Origin: Ramazzottius varieornatus
Lineage: Eukaryota > Animalia > Tardigrada
NCBI GenBank assembly: GCA_001949185.1
Contig: BDGG01000004.1
Span: forward strand, 2,505,620 to 2,569,619
Length of the DNA stretch: 64,000 nucleotides
Reading direction: 5' to 3'
Part shown: in pieces, positions 1-11,400 of the stretch
Layout of the letters: each line of letters starts with the position of its first letter
Position numbering within the stretch: position 1 is the first letter of the stretch
Position numbers and translations under genes: made by a program
The notes under the pieces: generated by a model
Told to the model about the DNA's origin: nothing
Seen by the model: only the letters and a program-made list of their open reading frames with translations
Database searches by the model: none

Positions 1-3000
1 AGGACATGTCTTTTAGAACTTTCGAGGTCACTCGAAACTTTCCGCAGTTGTTCCCTAGTCTCATCTAACTCTTTCGACAGAGCTAAGTTTCGGGCAGACA
101 ACTGGCTCGAGTTGTTCGACTCGTCCACGTGGAATCTGGTCAAACGTTCCACTTCCGCCTGAGTCTTCTCCAGTACTTGTTTCAGTTCCACCGTTCGGAC
201 TTCCTGGTCCCTTAGTTCTTTGATACCTTGCTGATAGGCGATGCTCAGAGTTTCCTTGTTGAACATCAGCTCGTTGCACTTTTCGTTCAAGAGCGAGCTC
301 TGGTGCCGAGAATCCTGGAGTTCCTTGATGACGTCCTCGTATCGTTCATGCTGAGCCAAACTTTGCTTCTCCAGACTCATCACTTTCTGCCGCAAAGCTT
401 CACCTGCGAAAAAATGATCGATAAGATCCTCTTCGTCATTCCGCGAATGCCATCCAATATTGTCTTGTGAGATCCGCATATCGATTCAGTCCATCAAATA
501 TTTATTCGGCCCGACAAAAGGTGAATAATTTATTGGTAGTTGGTACCTTCAGCCTTGCGAGTGTTCAACTCCAGGAATGCCTGCTGTACCTTACGCAGAT
601 TGTCACTAACCGTGACCATGTCATGGTGGATCACCAGTTCCCTGTAACCACCAATCTTAACGAACCGTAACAAAATTAAATCAGTTCGGCCGTTGCGGAA
701 CCTGACACCAGCTGACTTACTCGAAGTCGTCCATTGGTGTTACTGAATTTTCACTGGAGCTTTGCAGCGAAGTTCCTTCTCGGCGAGGGAACGTCAACTA
801 AGATCATACCACTATTATTCGCAAGGAACGAAAACGTTCGCGGTAACCGTCGGATTATAAATACAAAAACATTATATCCCAACTGTATAGAAAAACCTGA
901 TTACTTACGTCAAGATGGCTGCCGTTGACGAAGCCAGAGTCGTGCTCGAATACTTGAGATGGCGGAGGCTCCGGAAAAAGCAGAGATTTCGACGAGGCGC
1001 TCCTACTAACTTTATCACGGAGCAGATTTTCAAAGCCATACTCGTCGTCATTAGCGCGGCGCTGCAGTGAGCTGTTGTCTGAGCCACCAGGTGACGGAAG
1101 TTCTTCACCACTGGCGCCTGACACTAGTTTCGCCAGGACCATCAACGCATTACCTAAGCTGCAGTTATCGTCCAGTACACCTGCCAGCTTCTCTCGCAAG
1201 ACGTCACAGCTTCGCATGCTCTCGACATGGCGCTCTTTTTGAATGACTAATTCGCTTTCTCGGCGAGTGAGTTCTTTCTTCAAGGACTCTTGGGCAACTT
1301 CGTACTAGACAAAGAAACAATCGATGGCTATTCACAGTGCATCATTCGATAGTCCATACAAATAAAGTGTCCAGGCGTACTTACTTCGCTTAACTGGTGG
1401 TAGGAGGTCTGCAATTGCTGCGAAAGTTCCTCTGTTCTGGCGATAAGCAAGCTTCGATTTTCGTCCAGCTGTTGCAGACCTTGCTTGAGCTGTAAGCTTT
1501 CCACGTCCAACTGACTCCTCAGCTTCTCCGAAAAAGCTTCAGCGTCTCGCAGTCGCCGTGCTGTTTCCTGCCTTGTCGTATCTGACTGGGAAAGCTGCGA
1601 CTGGAGCTCTTCACAATTTCGTGTGAGCTAAAAACGGAGTACGCGTGTTAATGATAACACATCAATGTTATTCTACGGTGAAAAACAAAGGAAGCAAATC
1701 GTTGGCTACATACCGACTCATTCTCCGTTCGAAGGACATCTTTCTGGCTTCGAATCACCTCGTACTCCCCTTGGACAACTTCGAGTCTCGTGTTCACTTT
1801 GACGAGCTCGTCGTCCTTTTTGGTGAGAAGAACCTTGAGATCGTTGGAAGAACCCTGCATCTGCTCAATTTCTGTAGCCATTTCTCCAAGTTTCGAAAGC
1901 AGGGCATCCTTCTCCCGACTGTGAGTGTCAATAGTTGCTTGCCTAGAACGAACCGCAACAGATGCAACACGTCACAAATTTCTTCATTATCTAGCATAGA
2001 TCGCTGTGTTACTGAGGACCGACTTACAGCTCAGCTAGCCGCCTTTTAGCTTGCAGTAGTTCATCTTCTGTCGATGTCGCCAGTTTCTCCAAGTCGGCAG
2101 CACGATCGTCCTGCTCTTCTAGCTTTGCTGTTATTAACTGTAGCTCCTGCATGAGGTTCTCTTTCTGTTGCAGGAAGCTTTCCCCAGACCGGAAGGACTG
2201 ATCGAGCTCTTCAGCTTTGGCTCGGAGGTCTTCGTGGAGGCGCTCGTTAGACTGCATCAGTGCGGCGCATTTTGCATGTTCTGACTGCAGATCGTTTTCT
2301 GTAAAGATAATGAATTACAGCTTTCACGCACAGGCAAACATCATCCAACGTCCAAGACTGACAGTACCGATCTGAACAAGACGCTCTTGCTGGTTTTTGT
2401 TTCGGTCCTTCAGGGCGTCAGATTCCGCTAGAAGGAGATGTCTTTCCGCGTTCAAGATCTCCAAACGCCCTTCCAGTTCAGTCACCTGATGCGACTTGTT
2501 TCTCGATAGTATTCCAGCTATCGCCAGCTGCTTCTCCAAAAGTCCGCATTGAGCGGAAGAGCTGTTGAGTTCGACTAAAAATCCTTCCTTCTCGGCAGAA
2601 ACCTTCCGGCACAAGACGTCAAGCTCCCGAAGCTGACCCAAGTGAACATCCATTTCTAGCTTTCTACATAGTTAAGCCGTCTAGTATTATGCAACTATCA
2701 GAAAAGCTACAGCGGACAAATCACAGTAGAATACTCACAGCCTTTCGATCTCCCTTGTCAGCTCATTCTTCTCCGCTATTGTGCTATCACGGTCGAGCTC
2801 CACGTCGGTCAGCGAGTCTCGTATCACGTTCAGCTGAACCAGTGATCTCTACGTTACGAACCAGTTTTAACATCGGTCCACTAAGTCTCCGATTCTGACA
2901 TCAAGAGAGAACCGGGCAAGACGGAATTGCATTACATACCTCGTTCTTCCTGAGTAAAGACTCCTTTTCATATTGTCTACAATCAAAAACAGAAAAGGTT

Positions 3001-3927
3001 AATCGGAGTTCTCCCGGGAGGAAAGACACGAACGTGGTGAAACCGCGTTTGTGCTTGACATGAACAGAAACCACTCGGAAGTCCGGTACAAAGTTCTTCA
3101 TAAAAGTTTTCGTGAAAATCCGTACGCGATAGTCAACTCGTCTTTCAGTTTTTCCGCAGAGGACTCCAGTAGGAGCTTTTCCTGAACCGTGTTGTGTAAT
3201 CTTTTCACCGTTGACTGATAGCGCTCGTCTAACAGAGCGTGGTCGCTTCTTAGCTCTTCCAGCTCCTAAACAGAAAGGTTTCAAAACTGCAGTACAACAA
3301 TATAAATTTGGCAAGTAGGATGGAGCTTACCGCCTGCAGATCTCCAGCTAGCCCACCGCGAAGATCCTTTTCCTCCTGCGCAGATCTGTCCGAAGAAAGA
3401 CCGGACATCCTTCCAGAGTTCACGTTCTGAAATAGGATGGTGGATCAGGCTTGCCATCAATAGATCTGTTACCGAAACAAAGCAGTATCAAGCTAACTTC
3501 CGGGTTGCGAGTCGCGACTTACTGGCGTTATGAAAGCAAGGGAAGCTGTTAGATTACGCATGGAAGAAAGCTCGCTCGCCAGAGCACTGAACGATTCGGC
3601 GCAGAAGGAGCGATGCGAAGCGAAAGAGCTGACCAAGACCACCACCAGTTTCCCAAGAGCCGTCAGTTTAGAACATAAGCCCGCAATGAAAAGTACCCAA
3701 GCCTGCATATGAGATGATTTTTGGACACTTCTACAGCGACAGAAAGTGCACCGTGTTGCAGGCATACCTTCTGTTGGTCGATTGACTGACTGTCGCGATC
3801 GTACATATCCTGGAGGACCCTACGCAAATCAGAAACGACAGACTGCAGCTCGAAAGTCAAGTCCTTCTCAACATCGTCCTTGGCAAGTCTTTGACTGGGC
3901 AAAGGATCTGTTATACCGTCCTCAGAC
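1..3927 (-). CDS. Long multi-exon coiled-coil protein, 3' end beyond the left edge; probably the long isoform of the KASH-tail gene at 3974-5626
   Basis: Many phase-consistent GT-AG exons encode heptad-rich E/K/Q/L sequence, e.g. LQQKENLMQELQLITAKLEEQDDRAADLEK and LKQGLQQLDENRSLLIARTEELSQQLQ. The exon at about 403-1 is still open at the edge. No orthologue is recognisable by eye. Confidence 0.75.
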
Positions 3928-3973
3928 CTAAACGGTAAAACCAAACTAAGATTAAAACAGAATAAGATAGAAC

Positions 3974-5626
3974 TTAAAATGGAACAGTTCCTCTGAGATG
4001 GTTGAAAGGTGAGAACACGGGAGAACATGAGGGCACGAAACATGCAGCACATAACCATGCAAGAGAAGTGACACCCAACAACGCCCACAGTAGGTACATG
4101 AACTCGGTATACTTCTTGCGGTCTAATAGGTCCAGCGAAACGTCGTCATGTGCTAGCGAAACGTGTCCATCAGCGTAAAGGTTCTCCCAGAACTGCGGGT
4201 TCCTAACATCGGGCTCGACCTTCACGCTGCTACTGTGCGCCTCATGAGATTGCTCCGAATGCTTCGAAGAGGCTAACGAGGCCCGATGCTCAGCCATATG
4301 CTCTTCAAACCTGGCTTGAAATGAGTCTACCTGTAAGAAAACAATATTGACTTCAACCGATCATCCGTTTAGGGTATGGTCAGATTCTAACTTACAGTAG
4401 CAACCAATTGCTCCAATTGAGAAACGATAACATCGTGATGAGTATTATGTTCTTCCACCTTCTTTTTCTCGATTTCCAGTCTTTCCAGTAGTTTAACGTT
4501 GACGGCATATAGGCTTTCGGTGACCGAGTTCTTCGGTAATCCTTCATTGAGAGCAGCACCCTATAAGTTACACGTTGTAGTAAAAGTGGTAAACCCAATG
4601 ACCGAATGCACTAGCATTGCGTATTGACAATAGAGACTGTTCTATTCTATTTAGTTTAGCATTGCGTTTATTACCAGGTCGCCGTAAAGAACCACCCGAA
4701 CATCCGTAACATTGTCATGCTTGGGTGATGCCATTCTGGTATCCTCCAGTAAGGCTAACGAAGCTTCAAGCCGATCAACTTCCCTTTGCAGAGAATTATT
4801 TTGTTTCTGCAAAATGAAATAGTGTTAGTTATGCCAACCATAATGTGCTTACCGCGTGAACAGAGAATATGAACATACTGGAGGCAGACATGAAAGTCCT
4901 TACCGATATGACGGTATAATCTTCATGCAGAGTACTCATATGGCGCGCTTCGGTTATATCACAATCTTCGGAATGGTTTTCAGGTTTGAAGTTGCGTAAC
5001 AGCACAGGATCCGTCCTCAGCACAAAGCAAGGGCATGGCCCCGTCGACCTGTCACGCACTCCCGTTCGCTCTTCCTTCACGCGAACAGAAGACTCTTGAA
5101 TACTCGACGCTTGACCCTGCGTAACATCTAACGCATCAGAAGTGTGCGAAAAATGCTGTTCGCTATACTCGTGATGATCACCCTTGGTACCGTCCGAAGA
5201 ACCCGCGGTAAGCTTGAATGTGGAAGTCAATGTTGACGAAGTGATCGACGAACACTCCGTCACAGTCTGGACTTCCTTTCGCCGTTGCCGTCTAGACTTC
5301 GAGGTTGTCTGACTTGAAGAAGCAGTGGACCTACCAGCAGCGAAACCGTTCGAGCTCTTCACACCGTTCGACTCTGTGACAGCAACGGAGCTCCCTTTCG
5401 CTCCGTTTGTGATCTTCGCACCGTTCTGTAGAGGCGTCGAGCAAGTTGTGGTGGTGTTGTTCCTGGTGGTGGTGTTGATAATGGTCCGAGATGAAGGTAG
5501 TGCTTGATGGCAGAGTTTCCGAGGCCTGAAGAAATCAACTGCTTTATTAATCAGATCGAAGGGTGAGGGTATCCAGGTGTTCATATATCCTCTCCTCCAG
5601 CCCACGTTCGTTTCACGAAACTCCAT
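3974..5626 (-). CDS. Tail-anchored KASH-like protein: Ser/Thr-rich disordered N-terminus, short coiled coil, TM helix and short luminal peptide
   Basis: Exons about 5626-4903, 4806-4675, 4560-4396 and 4331-3974 join in phase 0. The C-terminus YLLWALLGVTSLAWLCAACFVPSCSPVFSPFNHLRGTVPF* resembles ANC-1/nesprin KASH (..GAACLVP.C...F.P.L...NGPPPF). The true start may lie further upstream. Confidence 0.6.
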
Positions 5627-6627
5627 GGCACAGCGAGCTGTCACCGCTACGATCCCTGTATCAAGCTCTAGTCGATACCGATATCATCGCCAGTCGGATC
5701 ACGGCTCCACGGACTGCTATAAAAGTCGGCACTCGGGGAGACACCAAGATCAAGGGCAGGAAGATAAGATGACGTGACTGTCGTCCAGATGTCTTGATCC
5801 GTTTGATGGTACTAAGAATCCCCCAGTCATAAACAGCCTCACGACATGTTGCTCAGGGTTGATGTGGACACAAGAGTGTGAACTATCCACATAAGCAGAA
5901 AATCTGCTGGTGCTGGATAAGCAACAGTGTCAACCATGACATTCAGCTCTTGATGTCTTCCACCACAAAGTCAACTGCGTTACGTAACATCGCCAACTCG
6001 TACATAAGATCGTGACTCACAAAACTACAGATTGACGCATGTTCAGTAGCACTCCTAGAATGAAGAACGAAGAACGAGCTTAGCTGCGGCTACCTTTACG
6101 TCTACCTGCCCAAACAACTCATGAAAGTGATGAAACCTGTTGCAAAAAGAACTTGAAGAATGTTTCGCCATGGAAATGGTGTGCGAGTTTGCGAAAAAGC
6201 CCGACGCATTGATCGGCCTGCTGCCAAAAAACCCGGCTCACTTCTTCCGATCCATTGGTTCAGGTAGGGTCCGATGAATTCATGACTGACAACAGGGCTT
6301 GATTGCCCGATTGTTGAAGATATCCAAAAGTGGGTCCCGCCGTGCTGCCTGTGCCGCCCATTCTTCATTAGGCCCATCATGCAAGAAATTGCATCGCTCT
6401 TTTCCATCATAATGTCCCTTGTCCATCTTCCGGGATTCTTTCCTGCCGTCTGGACCTTTCATAATTAGGGGCCGGCGAAGTGGAACGACACACCAAGCTG
6501 TTACTATTGCAGAATGATCTCTCGGATTCGTTCAGAAGCTGCCTCGTGTTCTGCTGAGACGATAGGACAAAATTTCGATTTCCGGCCCTACATATCCCTG
6601 TAAACGTCCAGTACTACGTACGTGTAC

Positions 6628-7080
6628 CAGCCTACTGTCTACCTGACCAAGTTCTGACCCAGAGTCCCAGTCGACGGTATTCAGACTCTTCGACATACTC
6701 TGGACCTGTTGGTGCTTGACGGCCAGTTTCCAGGTAAGTTCTGACAGAGCGTCGTTAGGAAGTTCATCTATCAATATATGCGTAAAAATATTCCGCTCGC
6801 TACGTGTGATTTATACTGTACTCGTACAGTTACGAGACTCCGCAGTTACGAGACCGTACTCTACAGTTAGGGTTCTTGCTCGTAACTCTGGGAGTTCTCC
6901 CGTACCGGCTTATCGGAACTCACATTCGCCATATCATCATCACAATATGGTTTCTTTGCAGACTTACCAGCGGGGTGAAGCACGGGTTCAGGGATAGGAC
7001 GAAGAGCCCCAACAAAACACGCGGCTGCCACCTCGACTTTTGAACTTCGATAGTCCTGTCAAGAATGACCAGCTGATGTT
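6628..7080 (-). CDS. Two putative upstream coding exons, possibly 5' exons of the KASH-tail gene
   Basis: Exon about 7080-6968 (HQLVILDRTIEVQKSRWQPRVFVGALRPIPEPVLHPA, donor gtaagt) joins in phase 1 to an exon from about 6767 (DELPNDALSELTWKLAVKHQQVQSMSKSLNTVDWDSGSE). The link to downstream exons is unresolved. Confidence 0.3.
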
Positions 7081-8463
7081 CTACGCTCCGTAAGTTCTTG
7101 TAGCGAAGAGCTCAACAGCATCAGCTCGCACAACATGAATCTGTACTGTTCAGGAATAACTCGACGGAAAATGTTGGGAATCATATTATCCGTATCCGGA
7201 ATGGCACATCTGCTTCATCCAGGGCTAGCAGCGCTTATCTATACGTCAGACGTTGCTCGAAAATATCATCGTCTCGTTTGACTCAGGTTATGAGTGTGCA
7301 ACGGTCGATATCACCTGAAACGGACTGTATTGAATGTGGGTGAGGGGCAGCGGTGAACGAGATGGAAAATCAACTCGATGGCCAGACGAGCCTGCTAATT
7401 CTATTCCCTTTATGTAGTGCGTTGTAGAGTCCGATGTCACCGCTGTGTGTAAATCAGCTTGGGCAACCGTCGATCGATAGTCCATCTAGGTCCATCGCTC
7501 TTGAGACCTCTGCGCACACGTATCGCTGAATACCTGGTTAGTTGAAAGCGGTGAGTAAACTCATGGGAGACATGTTGCTCAGTAGGTGGAAGTGGATCGT
7601 CTCCCGTACTCCCTCTGGACTCAGCCAGGTTGAACGACCAAAGTGGTGCAGCCGCGCCTGCTGTACCCAATGGTCATTTCAATCGTCAATCGATTAATCA
7701 TGTGGAATATAGAATGACTGGTCTGATTTCGTTGCGACCAAATTGCATGGAATATGACAGCATGATACGTGAACTCCATGTCTGGCCGCTTGGTCCCTTT
7801 TGTCGGTTCCTCTCTTGCGCGCTCGTGGCAGTCAAAGTTGTATGTGAAGTATCAGTTCTTCGGGGAGGGTTCCCAACAGCGACTAATCACCATGCGAATA
7901 TTCTTGACTTTTCTTCCAAATAGTGGTGAACTAGCGAGAAGCCGCTTCTGAACGTTTTCCTGACCCTCGAAAGCTTTTTACTGTAGCAGAATATCTTTAG
8001 ATCGTGCGAGACTTGTAGGCGTGTAAAGAGGAAAGGATGAGTGAGCGAGGTTTCTTAGAGATGTGTTATTTCCTCTTTCCACACAGAAAACAAAGATTCT
8101 TTTTCCGCGATTCGATCTGTCGCAGTGGTTTTCTTGGCTTTTGATGGGTGATATCTGTATACTTTACAAGGAGGATGTTGACAGACATCCGGCGCCCCGC
8201 GGAGAAATAGCCACTTGATGCTGGAAGTCAAGCCAGACCGTGACAGATTGAGACAGAAATACTTGTCAAGTGTTCACACTTCTCTCATGTACAATCATAA
8301 TATGAAGGAGTGATCGCGCATCCTAACACATGCTAAAGTGACCAAGGGTGGAACAGATTCACTCCTACAGTATTTTCTCAGGCTTGACTTGGATTATTCG
8401 CAGAATTTCGCGCAACAGGTTGATGATACAGTTTTCGAAATATACTTTGTTACCTCCTTCGAG

Positions 8464-11400
8464 ATGCCGCGTTCTTCCAGCAAATCCTTCGTATCGCTTT
8501 TGCTTCTGCTGGGAAACCTCTTTTTTCTTTCGGTTGACGCTTATCTGAATATCGATGCATGTGAATTGGAGGAATCGTGGTACAATCGAGAAAAGTTCGC
8601 TGACGTCATTATTACCGGCACTGTTTTGTCCTTGTCACCTTCGAAAGGAAGTCTTGAATCGGCGAAGCAGGTCCTCTTTTACAGAGGTCAGGTTGCAGTG
8701 AAGCGGGTTGTTAAAGGTGAACCGGCGCTTATCAGTTCATCGAGTGTTATCCTGGTGGAGAACTTCGGAGATCCAGGCATCTGCGATGGGAACGTCGCTA
8801 AACGTGATACGAAAATCTTTCTCTTGAAGAAGAACATTTCGACGGGAAATTATCGACTGAATTCGAGTATTATTCGTCTGACGTTGAAAAACTTGGACAG
8901 GGTGTCGGCTTTTGCTAGAGGTACGATTTGGGTGTGGCAACGAGCCGTTACGCACATTAGGATCTTTTAATTACCCGGTTGGGTGCAAGTAACTTCATAT
9001 GATTTGCTAAGTTCTGGATTCAAATGAGCGAGCATATCTGATATGGATGGTGATAAACATCGTTGTGGTGTCGTCTGACTAACATATCTTTTCGCATTCG
9101 AAATATCAGTGCTGAATACCAGCAGGATTCCTTGGTTATATCAGGTGCGAAAGTATGACCTGCCCCCTTGTCCTCTGCCGAAGTTGAAATGTTTTTCTGA
9201 CGCCATATCTAAAACTTTTCGATCAACATATACACCCATGCTGGCACGCGACTCTCGAGAATTTTCTGGAAGACAGTTCGCTCCATTGCTGCAAGAGCCT
9301 GGGGAAAGAGGGAAAAATAAACTCTGTAACAGCACTTTTCGGACCCACTCCCGGGAAAAAATGTCCGTCTCGCTGGAGAAGGTCAAAGTTCTTGAGCAGG
9401 TGACAATCTGTCAGCGCCAGGGTCCTACTATACGATTCAGGAATGGGAAGTTCTAGTTCCTGTTCCTGCAGTTTTGCGGAACTGTTTTGTTCAGTGGGCA
9501 CTCTAGAGCAGTCTTGCAACAGAAGTGGGTCCAGTCCGTGAATTGATTTCGTGTGTCGAACAGGAAGGTTTTCCATAAAAAAATCCCTGTTTCGAAGAGG
9601 TCCAGACTACCGTTATCACTTTGCTGGGTGAAGATTTCCGGCGGTCAGGAGTTTGAGATGGCCATCAGGATGTGGTCATTGTTTTGTTTTAAGTGTCGCT
9701 CAAGGTTCGAATTTTTCTGCGGCGCTTTGCCTCTGTCAAAACATACCGTTTCTCGCTTAGAAATCTTTCATAAATTACCTGTATTGTCGCCGGTAACACA
9801 AGTGCGGTCTTGCTATCGGTTCCCTCTTGTTTGCAAACCAGAGAAGGAGAAGACAAAGTTCTACGTGCTTTTCGGGGTGCGCGATTTTTATTTTTGCCTT
9901 CTCTGTTTCGTTCAAATCGACAGTAAGACTTTAGGGAGACACACCTTAGTTCTGTAAGAATTACACAATAGTCTGGGAAGGATCGGGTTTGACATGATCG
10001 GTCAGCTCATTGTCGTTCTCGTTCGATTTCAGTCTTCCGTAGGGTAAATTGTGAATAAGAAATCTGAACGAAACCTAACCCACCCAATCATCCAAGGTGA
10101 AATTGTTAGGTGTTTCATCGCTAAACAAGGATCTGATTTTCTCGGCGGTGCGAGATGCGTTCGGGCTTCGATAAAATTCAAAGACCAAAAATCCCCGAAA
10201 TTTCAATCATCCATGATTCAGCCGAAGTAGTTCCTGCCGTACCCCAGAGTTGAGAAACTTGAATCTTAAAGTGTCATACGAGGGACGAGAGTTAGTGGAC
10301 TGAGAGAAAAAATGCTTACAGCGAAAAGACGACGACGGGGAGCAGAACAATGATTTTCTGAAGTGAAGGTGTTTTAAGGGGGACAAGCCATAATTCCGCA
10401 GCTGATAATATTCAGCTGACGTCATGAGGATATCTTATTCTGTTCAATCGCGCTATAAAAATCTCCTTTCGGAAATGATCTTTTAAGATTATCGTAATGC
10501 ATGCTATCGATATCTCGAAACCAGGATGTGAATGTGTGCAAATTATTTCATGCATATGAATAATTTCCATATCCATTTTCAGGTAATGCGATCATCAATT
10601 CCCGCTCGCCTATCCCCGAAAGTAAGTAGGGAATGATAGAGCTACGAGATGAAGCTTTCGGACAAGAGTACACGTGTGGTTAGATTTGTTCACATGACGG
10701 ACCTCCGTTACCCGAATTTGCTTGTTCGTAGCACCGTGCGAGAGGTTATTTTGTGGCCCAAATTTTACCTGCCGAATCAGCGAAACCAGCGGAAAAGCTT
10801 CCTGCAAAGGTGAGTCTGGCATCTGTAGCCTATTTTCTTGTGCTTGGGAATATACGTGACGCGCAGGGCTCATCGAAAAAGTTCTCCGTCGGCGACGGCC
10901 GAAGCTGTAGTTGACTGCGGCGCCATCTACGTAGACCCAAGCTGTCGCGTATGCAGTGTCCTGCAAGCCTGTAACTGTAAGCATAGCACAAATTGCTTTT
11001 TCACCGCCTATTCCCCGTGTACTAACCGCCACTCAGCAAAGTGCCAAGGCTGTTATTTCGACTGTCAGAATATCTGGGATCAAAATTCGTTAGAGGATGG
11101 TACATTGGCCTCTTAACGGAGAGTAAAAGGTCGAAGTGAAACCTATGCGCACGTTAAAAGAAAATTTTAGAAATTTGCGGAAATAATCACTCCTGTGGCG
11201 GTGAGAACCTCTATCAACTAGTCCATCGTCTTCCATCTTGAACCACGTTACTGGCTCCTTGAATCTCTCCCTTTGCTTTTTCTGTTGAGTACACGCTCCT
11301 AGTATGCTGGATTAGCCGGAAGCCCGTGCATGTAAATGGACGGCGAGAACGTCTTTAAGTGTTACACGAGATGACAAGATTACTCTTTGGAACACTTTCA

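Noticed and set aside
4829-5644. Macoilin or LEM-domain identity for the first gene
   Set aside because: No N-terminal multi-TM macoilin motifs or LEM signature in the spliced translation.
8966-8984. TTTAATTACCC resembling nematode SL1
   Set aside because: Only 11 nt match, with no following donor or Sm site; consistent with chance.
10838-11116. Cys-rich ORF in agrin intron 1
   Set aside because: Non-ATG start, no Kazal or EGF spacing, and no convincing splice sites.
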